Position numbers and translations under genes: made by a program
The notes under the pieces: model-generated
Told to the model about the DNA's origin: nothing
What the model saw: only the letters and a program-made list of their open reading frames with translations
The model's database searches: none
In this document: piece after piece, positions 41,131 through 53,211 of the stretch
Numbering within the stretch: position 1 is the first letter of the stretch
Layout: every line of letters begins with the position of its first letter
DNA from: Candidatus Zhuqueibacterota bacterium
Lineage (GTDB): Bacteria > Zhuqueibacterota > Zhuqueibacteria > Residuimicrobiales > Krinioviventaceae
Assembly: GCA_016928775.1 (NCBI GenBank)
Contig: JAFGKD010000078.1
Span: forward strand, 45,396-109,395
Direction: 5' to 3'
DNA: 64,000 bases

Positions 41131-44100
41131 ATGAAAAACAGGATCCCAACGCCTACAAACGCTGCCGGCTTTCGCCAGGCCAGCGGATTATATCATCCGG
41201 CATTTGAACATGATGCCTGCGGCGTAGGTTTTGTTGCGCGTCTGGACGCCAAACCGGATCATCAGGTCGTTTTGGATGGCATTCAAATTCTTGTCAATCT
41301 TGAGCACCGCGGTGCCATTGGCGGCGACGCCGGTACAGGCGATGGCGCTGGTCTGTTGTTTCAGCTCCCGGATGAATTTTTTCGCTCTATCGAGAGTGAC
41401 CTTGGTTTTTCACTGCCGGAAGCTGGCGACTATGCCGTTGGTATGGTCTTTTTGCCAACCGACGCTGCTCTGCGCGCTGACTGCAAAGCCGCTTTTGAAG
41501 GAATTGCCTATCAGGAAGGCGCGCACGTTCTTGGCTGGCGACACGTGCCTACGGAAAATGGCCATCTCGGTGCGCTGGCGCGGTCTACGCAACCGGTCAT
41601 CGAGCACATATTCCTGGCTCGACATACGATCCAGCCCAGGAACTTTGAGCGCAAAATGTACATCATCCGGCGGCTGGTCGAAAAGGAGGTCGCCAGTTGG
41701 AAGGGCGTTGACGCCAGCCAGTTCTATGTGGTCACGTTATCGAGCAAGATCATTACCTATAAAGGCTTGATTACCGGAACACAGCTCACAACGTTTTACG
41801 CCGACGTGAATCATAAAAAATTCAAAACACCATTCGCTCTGGTGCATCAACGGTTCAGCACCAATACACTGCCAACATGGCAGTTGGCCCAACCCTTCCG
41901 CGCATTGGCGCATAACGGCGAAATTAATACCCTCCGCGGTAATATCAATCGTATGAAAGCCCGTGAAGCGCGCATCAGTCACCCTCTCTTTGGTGATGAC
42001 ATCGAAAAAATAAAGCCCATCATCATTGAAGACGGCAGTGACTCGGCCATTTTTGACAATACCCTGGAGCTTCTCATTCAAGCCGGACGATCGCTGCCCC
42101 ACGCTATTATGATGATGATTCCCGAAGCTTACGGTCCGGAACTTCGCATCAGCCGTGACAAACAGGCGTTTTACGAGTATCATTCCGCGTTGATGGAACC
42201 ATGGGACGGTCCCGCTGCTATCGCCTTCACCGACGGACGATATATCGGCGCCACGCTGGATCGTAACGGCTTGCGCCCAGCTCGTTACACGATCACAAAA
42301 GATGGCGTGGTCGTCATGGCGTCTGAGACTGGCGTTCTGGAATTCAAGCCGGAAAATATATTGCGTCGTGGTCGGCTCCAGCCGGGCAAAATGTTCCTGG
42401 TTGATCTGCAACAAAATCGAATTGTTCCTGATAATGAAATCAAGGCCAAGGTATCGCGACAAAAGCCATATCGCCGTTGGGTGAAGGCCAATCACGTTGA
42501 ACTGCGTGGTTTATTCGCCCCGGCACGCGTTCCAAAACTGGAACCCGATGAGCTGATCCGCTTGCAGCACGCTTTTTTTTACACGGAAGAAGAATTAAAA
42601 ATGCTGCTGTCCCCCATGGCGGTTCGGGGGCAGGAACCGGTTGGCTCGATGGGCAATGACGCCTCCCTCGCAGTGCTGTCGGATCGTCCCCAGCTTTTGT
42701 TCAACTACTTTCGCCAGCTTTTCGCCCAGGTGACCAATCCGCCAATCGATCCGTTGCGTGAGCAACTCGTTATGTCGCTGGAGAGCTTTGTTGGACGTGA
42801 AAAAAACTTTCTTGAAGAAACCCCCGAACATTATCGCGGTCTGAAACTGCAACACCCTGTGCTCACACCTTCCGATCTCGCTCGCATCCGTCAGTCGGAA
42901 AGCGCCTATATAAAAACGACCGAGATCGATATGTTGTTTTCGATACATGGAAGTGGAAAATCTCTGGAAGCCTCATTAAATACGATTTTCCAGCAGGCCA
43001 AGCGTGCGATCCTCAGTGGTGCCAGCATCATTATTCTCACAGACAAAAACATGACGTATGATCGTGCACCCATTCCGGTTTTGTTAGCCGCTTCCGGATT
43101 ACATCATTTTCTGATCAAAGAAGGTATCCGAAACATGGCTGGCATCGTGCTGGAGACGGGTGAAGTCCGCGAGGTGATGCATTTTTCCATACTGATTGCC
43201 TACGGGACAGACGCGATTTGTCCCTATCTTGCTTTTGCCACAATCCGGGATTTGGCGGAAAATGATCTTTTGGAAGAAGAGCGCACGGCAGAAGAGGCAA
43301 TGGATAATTATATCACAGCAGTAAAAAAGGGACTTTTAAAAACCATCAGCCGTATGGGCCAGTCAACGATTCACAGCTTTTTTGGCTCACAGATTTTTGA
43401 GGCCATTGGCATCAGCAATGAGGTCATTGACAAATATTTTTGCAACACCGCTTCTCGGGTTGGTGGCCTGGATCTCGATGAAATTGCCCGGGAAGTCATT
43501 AAACGCCATGGTGTTGCGTTTCCAGATCAGGGTGAGCCACCCAAATTACTCGATCCGGGTGGTGTGTACCACATCCGCATCGGTGGTGAGCAGCACATGT
43601 GGTCGACTGAAGCGATTTACAAGTTACAGCTCGCAACCCGGGTAAATGATTATAGTGTCTTCAAAGAATATTCAACCCTGATGGATGGAAATATTGCCAG
43701 GCGAACCATGCTGCGCAGTTTGCTCACCTTTAAAAAAGCCACCCCTGTTTCCATCGATGAGGTGGAATCGGTCGAAGCGATCACCAGGCGATTTGTTGGT
43801 GCGGCGATGTCGTTCGGTTCGATCAGCCGTGAGGCGCACGAAGCCGTTGCCATTGCGATGAATCGTATTGGCGCCCGCAGCAATTCCGGCGAAGGGGGTG
43901 AAGATCCGGCGCGATACATCCCGTTGCCCAACGGTGATCGACGCGTCTCACGAATCAAACAAATTGCCTCTGGCCGGTTTGGTGTGACGACGGAATATGT
44001 CATGAATGCCGATGAATTGCAGATAAAAATCGCCCAGGGCGCCAAGCCGGGAGAAGGCGGACAGCTCCCCGGTCACAAGGTGAATGAAGAAATCGCGCGT

Positions 44101-45705
44101 GTCCGCCACACGACACCGGGGGTGACGCTCATTTCGCCACCACCGCATCACGATATTTATTCGATCGAAGATTTGGCACAGCTGATCTTTGATCTCAAAG
44201 CGGTGAATCCGGCCGCAAAAGTCTCGGTAAAACTCGTTTCCGAAGCGGGCGTCGGAACGATTGCAGCCGGTGTGGCCAAAGCCAAAGCAGATACCGTCCT
44301 GATCTCGGGTTGCGAAGGTGGTACCGGCGCTTCGCCGCTCAGCTCCATCAAACATGCGGGTTTGCCATGGGAGCTTGGATTGGCCGAGACACAACAATCC
44401 CTGATGAACAATCACTTGCGCGATCAAATCCGTGTGCAGACAGACGGACAGCTAAAAACCGGTCGCGATCTGGCCATCGCCACGCTCCTCGGCGCAGAAG
44501 AATTCGGATTTGGCACCGCGATGCTCATTACTCTCGGTTGTATTATGATGCGCAAGTGTCATCTCAATACGTGCCCGGTGGGCGTCGCGACGCAAGACCC
44601 GCGATTACGCGAACGTTTTGGCGGCAGCCCGGATTATGTCGAACGATTCCTGCGATTTATTGCCCAGGAATTCAGAGAAATTATGGCCGAGCTCGGGTTC
44701 CGTACAGTTGAGGATATGGTGGGGCGAGTGGATATGTTAGAGTATAAAGCTCCCGATCACTGGAAAGGCAGAACACTGGATCTAAATCCGCTGCTCAACT
44801 ATGATGTGGATGAAAATGTGCCTCGACATAAAACTCGCGAGCAAGTCTTGAACCCGCACAAAGAAATTGATTCCCAGCTCATCGAGTTAGCCAAACCTGC
44901 TATTGAAAAGGGTGAAAAAGTATCGATTGATATGCCGGTGCGTAATATTTATCGAACCGTGGGGGCGCAGCTCAGCGGGCATGTGGTCAAACAGCTTGGT
45001 GCGAAAGGATTGCCGGACAATACTATCAATATCATCTTTAGTGGCTCGGCCGGGCAGAGCTTTGGTGCCTTTTTGGCGCCGGGCATCAATATTACGCTCA
45101 AAGGTGATGTGAATGATTACATGGGCAAGATGATGTCCGGCGGGCGCATCACAGTTGTACCGCCGGAAAATGCAGGATTTGAACCGCATGAAAACATCAT
45201 CGTCGGCAATGTATTGTTGTATGGTGCGACCGGCGGCGAGGTGTACATCAACGGTATTGCTGGCGAACGTTTTATGGTGCGCAATTCCGGCGCGCGCGGT
45301 GTGGTTGAGGGTGTGGGCGATCACGGCTGCGAATACATGACCGGAGGGTTGGCCGTCATTCTTGGTCGCACCGGAAATAATTTTGCGGCCGGCATGAGCG
45401 GCGGGATCGCCTATGTGTGGGACGAAACCGAGCTTTTTGATACGCGCTGTAATCTCGATATGGTGGACCTCGAGAGCGTTTGGCATGATGAAGATAAAAA
45501 AGTACTGCGCGATATGATTGAGAAACACTATACCTATACCTCAAGCAGCAGGGCGAAATTTATTTTAGACAATTGGGAAGCGCAACTGCCCCTGTTTGTC
45601 AAGGTGATGCCGATTGACTATCGGAAGGTGCTTGAACGTATGCGACTGCAAGAGGAAGCTGATAAACAAACTGTGGCTGTCACCGAGGAGGTCTATAATG
45701 GCTAA
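41131..45705 (+). CDS. gltB: Glutamate synthase large subunit
   Basis: [65 protein letters not shown] domain. Confidence 0.98.
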   Translation: MKNRIPTPTNAAGFRQASGLYHPAFEHDACGVGFVARLDAKPDHQVVLDGIQILVNLEHRGAIGGDAGTGDGAGLLFQLPDEFFRSIESDLGFSLPEAGDYAVGMVFLPTDAALRADCKAAFEGIAYQEGAHVLGWRHVPTENGHLGALARSTQPVIEHIFLARHTIQPRNFERKMYIIRRLVEKEVASWKGVDASQFYVVTLSSKIITYKGLITGTQLTTFYADVNHKKFKTPFALVHQRFSTNTLPTWQLAQPFRALAHNGEINTLRGNINRMKAREARISHPLFGDDIEKIKPIIIEDGSDSAIFDNTLELLIQAGRSLPHAIMMMIPEAYGPELRISRDKQAFYEYHSALMEPWDGPAAIAFTDGRYIGATLDRNGLRPARYTITKDGVVVMASETGVLEFKPENILRRGRLQPGKMFLVDLQQNRIVPDNEIKAKVSRQKPYRRWVKANHVELRGLFAPARVPKLEPDELIRLQHAFFYTEEELKMLLSPMAVRGQEPVGSMGNDASLAVLSDRPQLLFNYFRQLFAQVTNPPIDPLREQLVMSLESFVGREKNFLEETPEHYRGLKLQHPVLTPSDLARIRQSESAYIKTTEIDMLFSIHGSGKSLEASLNTIFQQAKRAILSGASIIILTDKNMTYDRAPIPVLLAASGLHHFLIKEGIRNMAGIVLETGEVREVMHFSILIAYGTDAICPYLAFATIRDLAENDLLEEERTAEEAMDNYITAVKKGLLKTISRMGQSTIHSFFGSQIFEAIGISNEVIDKYFCNTASRVGGLDLDEIAREVIKRHGVAFPDQGEPPKLLDPGGVYHIRIGGEQHMWSTEAIYKLQLATRVNDYSVFKEYSTLMDGNIARRTMLRSLLTFKKATPVSIDEVESVEAITRRFVGAAMSFGSISREAHEAVAIAMNRIGARSNSGEGGEDPARYIPLPNGDRRVSRIKQIASGRFGVTTEYVMNADELQIKIAQGAKPGEGGQLPGHKVNEEIARVRHTTPGVTLISPPPHHDIYSIEDLAQLIFDLKAVNPAAKVSVKLVSEAGVGTIAAGVAKAKADTVLISGCEGGTGASPLSSIKHAGLPWELGLAETQQSLMNNHLRDQIRVQTDGQLKTGRDLAIATLLGAEEFGFGTAMLITLGCIMMRKCHLNTCPVGVATQDPRLRERFGGSPDYVERFLRFIAQEFREIMAELGFRTVEDMVGRVDMLEYKAPDHWKGRTLDLNPLLNYDVDENVPRHKTREQVLNPHKEIDSQLIELAKPAIEKGEKVSIDMPVRNIYRTVGAQLSGHVVKQLGAKGLPDNTINIIFSGSAGQSFGAFLAPGINITLKGDVNDYMGKMMSGGRITVVPPENAGFEPHENIIVGNVLLYGATGGEVYINGIAGERFMVRNSGARGVVEGVGDHGCEYMTGGLAVILGRTGNNFAAGMSGGIAYVWDETELFDTRCNLDMVDLESVWHDEDKKVLRDMIEKHYTYTSSSRAKFILDNWEAQLPLFVKVMPIDYRKVLERMRLQEEADKQTVAVTEEVYNG

Positions 45706-47122
45706 AGCAACCGGATTTTTAGAATATATTCGGGAGGAGGCGCCCAAACGACTTGTACATCAGCGCGTCAGGGACTATAACGAATTTGAGCAATTATTGC
45801 CGGAGGAAAAACTTGCAAGACAGGCCGCGCGATGTATGGATTGTGGTGTGCCCTCATGTCATTCTTACGGGTGCCCTGTGCAAAACCGTATTCCGGACTT
45901 TAACGATCTCGTTTACCGAAATCACTGGCGGCGCGCACTCGATGTACTGCATGCGACGAACAACTTTCCGGAAGTCACCGGCCGCGTTTGCCCGGCACCC
46001 TGTGAAACGGCCTGCACATTGGGTATTAACCAGCCGCCAGTCACGATTAAACATATTGAGCTGCAAATTATCGAGCGTGGCTTTCGAGAAGGCTGGGTTA
46101 TCCCTGAAATTCCATCTGTAAAGACGGGAAAACGTGTTGCCATTGTTGGTTCCGGTCCCGCTGGTTTGGCGGCAGCACAGCAACTTGCACGCGCTGGTCA
46201 TGAGGTTGTGTTGATGGAACGCGCCGATCGCATCGGTGGATTGTTGCGCTATGGTATTCCTGATTTTAAAATGGAAAAACGAATCATTGACCGACGTTTG
46301 CAGCAAATGGCGGATGAAGGCGTTATTTTTGAAACCGGTGTCGAAGTTGGCAAGGACTTGTCCGTTCGTTACTTGCAGCGATCTTTCGATGCTGTTCTCA
46401 TTGCTGCCGGCGCCACCGTACCGCGTGATCTCGACCTTCCAGGACGCGACCTTGATGGCGTTCATTTTGCGATGGATTTTTTGACGCAGCAAAACAAGGT
46501 GAATGCCGGCGATACCATGGAAGAACAGCAAATTTTGGCAAAAGATAAACACGTCATCGTCATCGGTGGTGGCGACACAGGTTCGGACTGCGTCGGCACC
46601 AGTATCCGTCAGGCTGCGCGCAGCGTCACCCAAATCGAGTTGTTACCCCGACCGCCACAGGAGCGTCTGCCGCGCAATCCATGGCCGGAATGGCCGACCA
46701 TCTATCGCACCTCCACATCCCATCAGGAAGGCTGTGAACGTGACTGGTCGATTTTAACCAAAGCGTTTGAAGGCAAAGGCGGCCAGGTCACGAAAATAAA
46801 AGGTGTTAAGCTGGATTGGCGCCAGGAAAAGGATGGCAAATGGACAATGACTGAAATTCCAGGCTCTGACTTTGAACTCAAAGCTGATCTTGTCTTGTTA
46901 GCCATGGGATTTACCCACGTTGAGCCAGGACCTTTGATGCATGATTACGGCCTGAACACAGACCAAAGGGGAAATGTCATTGTGGATGACAATATGATGA
47001 CGTCGGAAAAAGGCGTATTTGCTGCCGGTGACACCGTGCTTGGAGCGTCGCTGGTTGTGCGCGCTATCTATCAGGGACGGCGAGCTGCCGCGGGAGTAAA
47101 TGCTTACTTGAGGCATTCTTGA
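45698..47122 (+). CDS. gltD: Glutamate synthase small subunit
   Basis: [38 protein letters not shown]. Confidence 0.97.
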   Translation: MAKATGFLEYIREEAPKRLVHQRVRDYNEFEQLLPEEKLARQAARCMDCGVPSCHSYGCPVQNRIPDFNDLVYRNHWRRALDVLHATNNFPEVTGRVCPAPCETACTLGINQPPVTIKHIELQIIERGFREGWVIPEIPSVKTGKRVAIVGSGPAGLAAAQQLARAGHEVVLMERADRIGGLLRYGIPDFKMEKRIIDRRLQQMADEGVIFETGVEVGKDLSVRYLQRSFDAVLIAAGATVPRDLDLPGRDLDGVHFAMDFLTQQNKVNAGDTMEEQQILAKDKHVIVIGGGDTGSDCVGTSIRQAARSVTQIELLPRPPQERLPRNPWPEWPTIYRTSTSHQEGCERDWSILTKAFEGKGGQVTKIKGVKLDWRQEKDGKWTMTEIPGSDFELKADLVLLAMGFTHVEPGPLMHDYGLNTDQRGNVIVDDNMMTSEKGVFAAGDTVLGASLVVRAIYQGRRAAAGVNAYLRHS

Positions 47123-47294
47123 GATTGCGATCAGCCTCAGCAAACAGCGAGAGCGTATTCCGGAATTATTGCAGTCAACTGACAGCTATACCTGCAGTTT
47201 CATCAACGCCAACAATCAGCGTTTCTGTAAGTAGCAAACAAGATCTGTGACTCGACAAAATTTTCTGTTGCATATAAAAACTATTCATGTAAAT

Positions 47295-47317
47295 TATATA
47301 TGTTTCTGACATATATA
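47295..47317. promoter_or_regulatory. Palindromic operator candidate upstream of mrp
   Basis: TATATATGT-TTCTG-ACATATATA, perfect 9-bp arms about 40 nt before the start. Confidence 0.45.
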
Positions 47318-47356
47318 TTAGTGAAACAAGTAAAAAACAAGGTATGAAAAAAATAA

Positions 47357-48601
47357 ATGAGGCATAGCGTGAATTCACATCAACAACCTGAGAACGCTGA
47401 CCAGGCGATGGAGGAGCTGCAAATCTCCCAAACATTAAAACAGATCACATACAAAATTCTGGTTTTCTCCGGCAAGGGCGGCGTTGGCAAAAGCACAGCC
47501 TCGGCCAATCTCGCTGTGGCGTTGGCCCTGGCTGGTAAAAAAGTCGGGCTCCTGGACATCGACTTTCACGGCCCAAGCATTCCCAAATTAATGGGCCTGG
47601 TTGGGAGACGTCCCGATATGATAGGAGAAAAAATTCTTCCTCTCTCCTTCTCGGAAAATCTGCTTGTTTTGTCTCTCGGTATGCTACTGAATGCGGGTGA
47701 CGACGCCGTTATCTGGCGCGGGCCCATGAAGAACGGCGCCATCCGGCAGTTAATCAAGGATGTGGCCTGGGGTGAGCTTGATTATCTGATCGTCGATTCG
47801 CCGCCCGGCACCGGTGACGAACCGCTGTCGCTGGTGCAAACGATGCAGGATCTTAGCGGAGCCATTGTGGTCACGCAACCACAGCAGCTCAGCGTCGACG
47901 ATGTGCGACGCTCGATATCGTTCTGCGAGAAACTCAATTTACCGGTCATCGGTATCATCGAGAATATGAGCGGATTTGTGTGCCCGAATTGCGGCAGTCT
48001 CATAGATATATTCAAATCGGGTGGAGGACAACAATTGGCAGAGGAAAAGAACATCCTGTTCCTTGGAAAGGTACCGATTGATCCCGCCATTGTCGAGTCG
48101 AGTGACGAGGGCAAACCATTTGTTTATCACTTTGGCAAATCACCGGCAGCGCAAGCATTTGATACCATCGTCAATCGGGTGGTGCAATACCTGGAGGTCG
48201 ATGTGCCTGCCAGGGCACAGAAAGAACAGGAGCATAGTGACGTGAAAAAGATTGAAAGCATCACCCGTTTCGCCATGCCTCTCGAAAACGGCATGGTATC
48301 GGCTCACTTTGGACATGCCAGCCAATTTTCATTCATCGATTATGATCGAGCAAAAAATGTCGCGCTAAAAATTGAACAAAAAACGCCACCGCCACACGAG
48401 CAGGGTGTGATTCCAAAGTGGATCGCTGACGAAAAAGTAGACGTTTTATTTACCGGCGGCATTGGGCATCGAGCCAGAGAGATTCTCGAAGGTCGGGGCG
48501 TCACGGTTGTGAGCGGCGTACCGCAAGGTAAACCGCTAAACCTGATCTCCAAATACCTCAAAGGAGAGCTCGAAACAAGCGACAATATGTGCGATCACTA
48601 A
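47357..48601 (+). CDS. Mrp/NBP35 (ApbC) Fe-S carrier ATPase fused to a NifB/NifX-like domain
   Basis: SGKGGVGKST, WRGP, DSPPGTGD, ENMS.F.CPNC; C-terminal SAHFGH, PPPHEQG, GGIG.RA, N.CDH. Confidence 0.92.
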   Translation: MRHSVNSHQQPENADQAMEELQISQTLKQITYKILVFSGKGGVGKSTASANLAVALALAGKKVGLLDIDFHGPSIPKLMGLVGRRPDMIGEKILPLSFSENLLVLSLGMLLNAGDDAVIWRGPMKNGAIRQLIKDVAWGELDYLIVDSPPGTGDEPLSLVQTMQDLSGAIVVTQPQQLSVDDVRRSISFCEKLNLPVIGIIENMSGFVCPNCGSLIDIFKSGGGQQLAEEKNILFLGKVPIDPAIVESSDEGKPFVYHFGKSPAAQAFDTIVNRVVQYLEVDVPARAQKEQEHSDVKKIESITRFAMPLENGMVSAHFGHASQFSFIDYDRAKNVALKIEQKTPPPHEQGVIPKWIADEKVDVLFTGGIGHRAREILEGRGVTVVSGVPQGKPLNLISKYLKGELETSDNMCDH

Positions 48602-48636
48602 TTACATTTTAATATGTCACTGGTTTTAAAGATGAC

Positions 48637-50007
48637 GTGCTAACAACACAAATAGACAAATTCACGGACATCATTCTCGACAGCATCACGGACGGGGTTT
48701 TCACAGTCGACCAGGAATGGCGCATCACCTCTTTTAACAAAGCAGCGGAAGAGATCACCGGCATTCTGCGGGAGGAAGCCATTGGCGCACGCTGCAGCGA
48801 TGTCTTTCGCGCCAGCTTGTGTGAGTCTGGATGCGTGCTCAGAGAAACCATGCGCACCGGCCGGCCGGTGATGGGGCGAGCGCTCTATATTGTCAATGCA
48901 GACGGCGACAAGGTGACGCTGAGTGTTTCAACCGCACTGCTGAAGGATAAAGACGGCGAGGTTATCGGGGGAGTCGAAACATTCCGCGATTTGCGCGCAG
49001 TCGAGGCGCTGCGAAAAACGCTGACACAACAATACTCTTTTTCAGATATTATTAGCAAAGATGCGAGCATGCAAAAGCTGTTTGCAATCCTGCCACGGAT
49101 CGCCCAAAGTGACAGCACCGTTTTGGTGCAGGGCGAAAGTGGCACTGGCAAGGAGCTTTTTGCCCGGGTGATCCATCAATTATCGCCGCGCCACAAGCGA
49201 AAAATGGTCGCGGTGAATTGTAGTGCGCTGCCCGACACGCTTCTGGAATCCGAACTGTTTGGCTACAAGGCGGGCGCGTTCACGGACGCCAAAAAAGATA
49301 AAAAAGGCCGCTTTGCCCAGGCAGAGGGAGGCACCCTGTTCCTCGATGAAATTGCGGATCTCGCCCCCGCTTTGCAGGCAAAACTCTTGCGCGTGCTGCA
49401 GGAGCGCGAGTATGAGCCACTCGGCGCCACAGAGAGTGTCAAGGCCAATGTGCGAATCGTGGCTGCAACCAACAAAGATCTGGCTACTTTGGTTGCCGAA
49501 AAGGCCTTTCGACAAGACCTGTTCTATCGCTTGAATGTGATCAAGCTTTTCGTGCCGCCGCTGCGCCAGCGCAAGCAGGACATCCCGTTGCTGGTCAGAC
49601 ATTTTATCAGCACGTTTAATCATGTGCAGGGCAAACATATTCATGATGTCTCTCCGCACGTGATGCGAATTTTGATGCGTCACAACTATCCGGGCAATAT
49701 CCGCGAACTCGAAAACATTATTGAGCATGCTTTTGTATTATGCAATACCGTGATTATACAGCCAGAGCATTTGCCTTCCGAGCTGATTGAATCGTCGCCA
49801 ACAGAGACATCGAATCATTCCAATCTGCAGCAGATCGAGGCCGATTATATTTACAACACTTTGGAAAAGAACAACTGGAATCGTGCAAAAGCCGCCGCTG
49901 ATTTGGGCATACACAAGAGCACGCTGTTTCGAAAAATAAAAAAGTTCAATATTCAATTGCCACCTGTGGATGGCCGGTCGTCCGGGGATTCCGTGCTGCA
50001 AAGTTAG
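48637..50007 (+). CDS. PAS-domain sigma54-dependent transcriptional activator
   Basis: PAS domain, GESGTGKE, ESELFG, GAFTDA, LFLDEI, FRQDLFYRL, PGNIREL, Fis-type HTH. Confidence 0.95.
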   Translation: MLTTQIDKFTDIILDSITDGVFTVDQEWRITSFNKAAEEITGILREEAIGARCSDVFRASLCESGCVLRETMRTGRPVMGRALYIVNADGDKVTLSVSTALLKDKDGEVIGGVETFRDLRAVEALRKTLTQQYSFSDIISKDASMQKLFAILPRIAQSDSTVLVQGESGTGKELFARVIHQLSPRHKRKMVAVNCSALPDTLLESELFGYKAGAFTDAKKDKKGRFAQAEGGTLFLDEIADLAPALQAKLLRVLQEREYEPLGATESVKANVRIVAATNKDLATLVAEKAFRQDLFYRLNVIKLFVPPLRQRKQDIPLLVRHFISTFNHVQGKHIHDVSPHVMRILMRHNYPGNIRELENIIEHAFVLCNTVIIQPEHLPSELIESSPTETSNHSNLQQIEADYIYNTLEKNNWNRAKAAADLGIHKSTLFRKIKKFNIQLPPVDGRSSGDSVLQS

Positions 50008-50563
50008 CGTGTTGTATCGTGAAATCTATGAATACTGACCCCCAGGTTTGGATAACGGAGTGTGCCCCATCCACCATTGTTATAACGCATTATATTGACG
50101 TCATCGAGTTTATTTAGCAAAGTTTTTATAGCATATGTTTAAAACCCATCGAGATCATTCAGCCGGATACCGCGCAGCAAAACCTGGTGTACGTTAAATG
50201 CACACCAAAAGAAGGAGTGCCGATTGTCTGGCCCTGTATCATTGCTGCGGTACGTGAGCAGGATTAGCTCCCGATGCAGGATAAAAAGGCACTCTTCCAG
50301 TTCTAAAGCATTCCACTGAAAACCACACACATATAAACGCAGGCCCAAGCCGCCACGCGTCACCTCGGTGCTATCGGGATAAAAATGAATACCTTTCCGA
50401 ATTTTGTACTTTTGGCTCAAGGTTCTGAGATTTGGTCATGAAAAGCGGCGCCAGGAGGATGATCATTTTTTTTTACGCAGAGCACTTGTCATGAGCTTAT
50501 TTTTCTATATCCCAGGCAAAAAAGACACCACATGCGCATTCAAAATTAGCGAGGTAAAACATA

Positions 50564-53131
50564 ATGATAATAAAGAGAATATATCAGAGCTCGCTTTTGC
50601 TCATTATTGTCCTGCAGACTACTCTTGCTCCTGCAACGTCTTTATCGAAAGTAAATGCTTTCAAACTGCCGGCTGGCATAACCTATCTCCACCCCATACC
50701 GGAGAGTCATCTGAATTCAAACGAAACAACACTTTTATTAAAGTATCAAGAGTCAGGCTCGAATATTCTCAACACAAAATTTAAAGTTATTGGCAGTGAC
50801 TTTGGACAATACACGGGGCGAATTTTCTTGGCCAAAAACAAACGAACAGTCATTTTTGAACCGGACAATCCCTTTCAACCAGGCGAGACCATCTCGGTGA
50901 CTATACAATCGCCGATGCGTGCGCCATTTTCATACGATTTTTACATCTCAAAAATGAGCCACGCCGAAAAAGAACAAACTTTTCGTCTGTTTCGTCAGCA
51001 AGACATAGTATCAAAGTCAAGTTCGTTCAAGACAGTTGGTCAGATAAAGACCATAAACGGTGTCACGGTTCCGAGTGATTTCCCGCAAATCAACGTCGTG
51101 ACAAATAGCGAACACACCGCGCCGGGCCACCTTTTCTTCGGTTTGCGACAATCGTATTTTATGATTATGAAAAATGACGGCACGCCCTATTACTATGAGA
51201 AATCAAATGACTTTTTAATGGATTTCAAAGTTCAGCCAAATGGTTTGCTATCACGATTGGTGGATAACTGGGATACTGGCGAGCGGTTTTTTACACTCAT
51301 AGATCATCAATTCAATTATGTTGATACATTTGATGTGCAATTTGGTTATCGCATCGATCATCACGATTTTCAGCTTACGCCTGATGGACATGCTCTCATG
51401 ATTGCCGGGGAGTATCAAAACATTGATATGAGCGCCATTGTCCAGGGCGGGCAAAAGGATGCTCGCGTGCGGGGCTGTCACATTCAGGAGGTGGATCAAG
51501 ATAAAAATGTAGTCTTTCAATGGACGTGCTGGGACCAGATCCCAATAACGGACGCTGTGCATGAAGATCTCACCGCACACAGCATTGATTACCTGCACAT
51601 GAATTCAATAGCGCTTGATTATGACGGCCATATTTTAGCGTCATGCCGAAATACGAGTCAGTGTTTAAAAATCAATCGGGAAACTGGCGAGATCATGTGG
51701 ATATTGGGTGGCGTCAGCAGCTCATTCGATTTTATTAACGATCCGGATCAAATTTCCTATCAGCATATGATCCGACCTGTTCCCGACAAACCGAATCATT
51801 ACACACTTTTTGACAACGGTAATTATCACACACCGCCATATAGTCGGGCTGTAGAATATAAGCTTGATACAACTCAATGGACAGCAGAAAAGGTGTGGGA
51901 GCATCGCCACACGCCGGACTATTACTCGGGATGGCTTGGCAGTGTGCAACGACTGGAAAATGACAATACGCTTATCGGCTGGGCAGAGGGTACTCCTCCT
52001 TTTGCTTACGAGGTGACGCCAGAGGGTGAGGTTGTGTATGAAGCCAGCAAGCCTGCCGCTCTTGCCTGCTATCGAACATTTCGGTTCGACTGGCAGGGTG
52101 TCGCCGACAAGCCCAATTTGATCATCGAAAGCCAGGACGATCAGGTGATCCTCATTTTTAACAAGTTTGGTGATGAAGATGTGGATTATTATAACATTTA
52201 CTCCGGTCCCGCATCAGGTCAAATGACACTTTTGGACACGACCTCCAACACTCGATACAACGCTGACAATTTTGAGAATTATGCCCGCTACTACTTTAAA
52301 GTCACAGCCGTCAACTCTCTGGGTGAAGAAAGTGCAGCGTCGCCAGTAAAATTTATTGATATCAAATATTTTGAGCCGGGTCAGAACATGGTTGCCAATG
52401 GTGATTTTTCGGCAGGGATCGAATCCTGGTATTATCGTGAGGAATCGACGGTGCATGCAAATGCTTCGGTTCAGGATGGCGAGTTTGTCATCCTGATCAC
52501 CGATGGTGGGTCCTATTTTTACGACATCCAGCTCGCGCAGGGGGATCTTCCGCTCTATCTTGGAAAAACCTATGTCTTCGAATTCGATGCATATGCTGAT
52601 GCACCACGCGCCATCGGCGCAAAGGTGGCCCAGATGGCATCTCCCTGGACAAATTACAGCAGACTGGGCGCGACAGCATTGACGAACAAAAAGAAACACT
52701 TTAAATACCAATTTGCCATGCTCGACAACACTGATCTGGCTGCGCAAATCCTGTTTGATTGTGGTGGAAGCAATATCAGCGTGTATTTGGATAATGTTTC
52801 GCTCACCGCCTTATCAGAGAGTGCTGTCTCGCAGAATAAAAAGGATGTCGCTCTTGATTTTCAGATAGCACCCAATTATCCAAATCCATTCAATGCGTCT
52901 ACGACCATTTCTTATCACTTGCCCGTCGACAGTCATATCAACGTATCGATTTATAATGTTCTTGGCGAACATATTTCGACGCTGGTGAATCGAAAATGCA
53001 AGCAAGGGAATCATTCCATAACCTGGGATGGCAAAAACCACAATGGCAAAGACGTTTCGAGCGGCGTATACTTTTGCAAGATGCAAGCGGCCGATTTTAG
53101 CAAAGCAATCAAAATCATTCTGTCGCGTTAA
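50564..53131 (+). CDS. Secreted arylsulfate sulfotransferase-like protein with FN3, CBM4/9-like and C-terminal sorting domains
   Basis: DHHDF, DYLHMNSI, QHMIR, TLFDNG, SRAVEY, GSVQRL.N.NTLIGW, YRTFRF; NMVANGDF CBM; tail NYPNPFN. Confidence 0.85.
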   Translation: MIIKRIYQSSLLLIIVLQTTLAPATSLSKVNAFKLPAGITYLHPIPESHLNSNETTLLLKYQESGSNILNTKFKVIGSDFGQYTGRIFLAKNKRTVIFEPDNPFQPGETISVTIQSPMRAPFSYDFYISKMSHAEKEQTFRLFRQQDIVSKSSSFKTVGQIKTINGVTVPSDFPQINVVTNSEHTAPGHLFFGLRQSYFMIMKNDGTPYYYEKSNDFLMDFKVQPNGLLSRLVDNWDTGERFFTLIDHQFNYVDTFDVQFGYRIDHHDFQLTPDGHALMIAGEYQNIDMSAIVQGGQKDARVRGCHIQEVDQDKNVVFQWTCWDQIPITDAVHEDLTAHSIDYLHMNSIALDYDGHILASCRNTSQCLKINRETGEIMWILGGVSSSFDFINDPDQISYQHMIRPVPDKPNHYTLFDNGNYHTPPYSRAVEYKLDTTQWTAEKVWEHRHTPDYYSGWLGSVQRLENDNTLIGWAEGTPPFAYEVTPEGEVVYEASKPAALACYRTFRFDWQGVADKPNLIIESQDDQVILIFNKFGDEDVDYYNIYSGPASGQMTLLDTTSNTRYNADNFENYARYYFKVTAVNSLGEESAASPVKFIDIKYFEPGQNMVANGDFSAGIESWYYREESTVHANASVQDGEFVILITDGGSYFYDIQLAQGDLPLYLGKTYVFEFDAYADAPRAIGAKVAQMASPWTNYSRLGATALTNKKKHFKYQFAMLDNTDLAAQILFDCGGSNISVYLDNVSLTALSESAVSQNKKDVALDFQIAPNYPNPFNASTTISYHLPVDSHINVSIYNVLGEHISTLVNRKCKQGNHSITWDGKNHNGKDVSSGVYFCKMQAADFSKAIKIILSR

Positions 53132-53211
53132 ACTCGACCAAAGAAAATGACGGCATACTCGTGCAATCGGAAATCACCAGACGATCGCCTGCGTTTGGCT
53201 TGCTGAAAACC

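Noticed and set aside
48260-48601. Nitrogen fixation inferred from the NifB/NifX-like domain
   Set aside because: The domain is widespread in non-diazotrophic anaerobes, and nifHDK are absent from the window.
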